Below, piece by piece: positions 63,140-64,000 of a DNA stretch of 64,000 nucleotides; positions within the stretch are counted from its first letter, which is position 1; every line of letters begins with the position of its first letter. Origin of the DNA: Felis catus (lineage: Eukaryota); contig NC_058368.1 of NCBI RefSeq assembly GCF_018350175.1, positions 19,222,001 through 19,286,000 on the forward strand, given 5' to 3'. A program made the translations under genes and the position numbers. The notes under the pieces are model-generated. The model had not been told where the DNA came from, ran no database searches, and saw nothing but the letters and a program-made list of their open reading frames with translations.

Positions 63140-64000
63140 GTCTTGTATTTCTTTTTCTTGCCTGAGTGCTGTGGCTAGGACTTTCAATATTATTTTGTAT
63201 AAATGTAGTCAGAGTAGACATCTTTGTTTTGTTCCTGATCTTAGAGGAAAACCTCTCATTTTTTCACCAGTAAGAAGTTAGTTGTGGATTTATCCACAAA
63301 TGGATCATATATGGCCATTATTATGTTGAGGTATGCTCTCTCTAAACCTACTTTGTTGAGAGTTTTTATCATGAATGAATGTTTTACTTTGTCTAATGTT
63401 TTTTCTGCATCTATTGAGATGGTCATATAGTTTTTATCCTTTCTCTTATTAAGGTGATATACAATATTGATGGATTTATGAATATTGAACTATCCTTGCA
63501 TCCGTGGAATAAATCCCACTTGATCATCGTTAGTGAATTTTTTAATGTATTATTGGATTTGATTTACAGATATTTTATTGAGGCTTTTTGCATCTGAGTT
63601 TATCAGAGTTGTTGGCTATAGTTCTCTTTTCTGCAGTGTCTTTATCTAGTTTTGGTATCAGGGTAATGGTGGTCTTGTAGAATGAATTTGGATGTTTCCT
63701 TTTTTCTATTTTTTTTTTTTTTTTGGAATAGATTGAGAAGAATAGGGATTAACTCTTCTTTAAATGTTTGGGAGAATTCACCTGTGAATCCTTCGGGTCC
63801 TAGACTTCTGTATTTTTGGAATTTTTTTGATTACTGATTGAATTTTGCTGCTAGTAATCAATCTGTTCGAATTTCCTATTTTTTCCTAATTCGGTTTTAG
63901 GAGGTTGTTTCCAGGTGTTTATCCATTTTTCTAGGTTGTCCAACTTGTTGGCATATAATTTTTCATAATATTCTTCAAAAACCTTTGTATTTCTGTGGTA
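63140..64000 (-). mobile_element. L1 ORF2 (RT region), continuation of the host L1 of 53858-56060
   Basis: tttctttttcttgcct...gctaggactttcaat follows ...atttggat in L1 antisense order. Confidence 0.88.

Noticed and set aside
1..64000. Host protein-coding gene among the listed ORFs
   Set aside because: The ORFs are translations of SINE (WVAQSV / REGDTES), L1, L2 or ERV sequence or are low complexity; I see no coherent exon chain or recognisable cellular protein. Small exons cannot be excluded.
1..64000. CRISPR array or prokaryotic defence system
   Set aside because: The DNA is mammalian; repeats are dispersed retroelements and microsatellites, with no repeat-spacer periodicity.

Overview
This is mammalian, almost certainly felid (cat-family), repeat-dominated intergenic or intronic DNA; the species call rests on many carnivore tRNA-derived SINEs of the feline SINEC_Fc type. 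I find no recognisable host protein-coding gene, RNA gene or CRISPR array, and nearly all listed ORFs are read-throughs of SINE, L1, L2 or ERV sequence. The window holds about 32 CAN-SINEs, L1 fragments of many ages (including a decayed full-length L1 at 56.1-63.1 kb), L2, MIR, MER5 and solo LTRs. The most interesting element is an 8.15-kb defective class I provirus on the minus strand (24516-32670) with two LTRs about 9% diverged, a tRNA-Pro-like PBS and a PPT. Its interior is a mosaic, in viral order: HERV-W/ERV9-like gag split by 2.7 kb of unrelated sequence; protease fused directly to an RT thumb fragment; HERV-W-like integrase N-terminus; an env TM remnant resembling avian sarcoma/leukosis virus gp37, with its own internal PPT and LTR-like stub; then a HERV-E/ERV3-like integrase C-terminus and env SU N-terminus. 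Family assignments come from my recollection of protein motifs, not database searches, and repeat boundaries are approximate unless a target-site duplication (TSD) is given.
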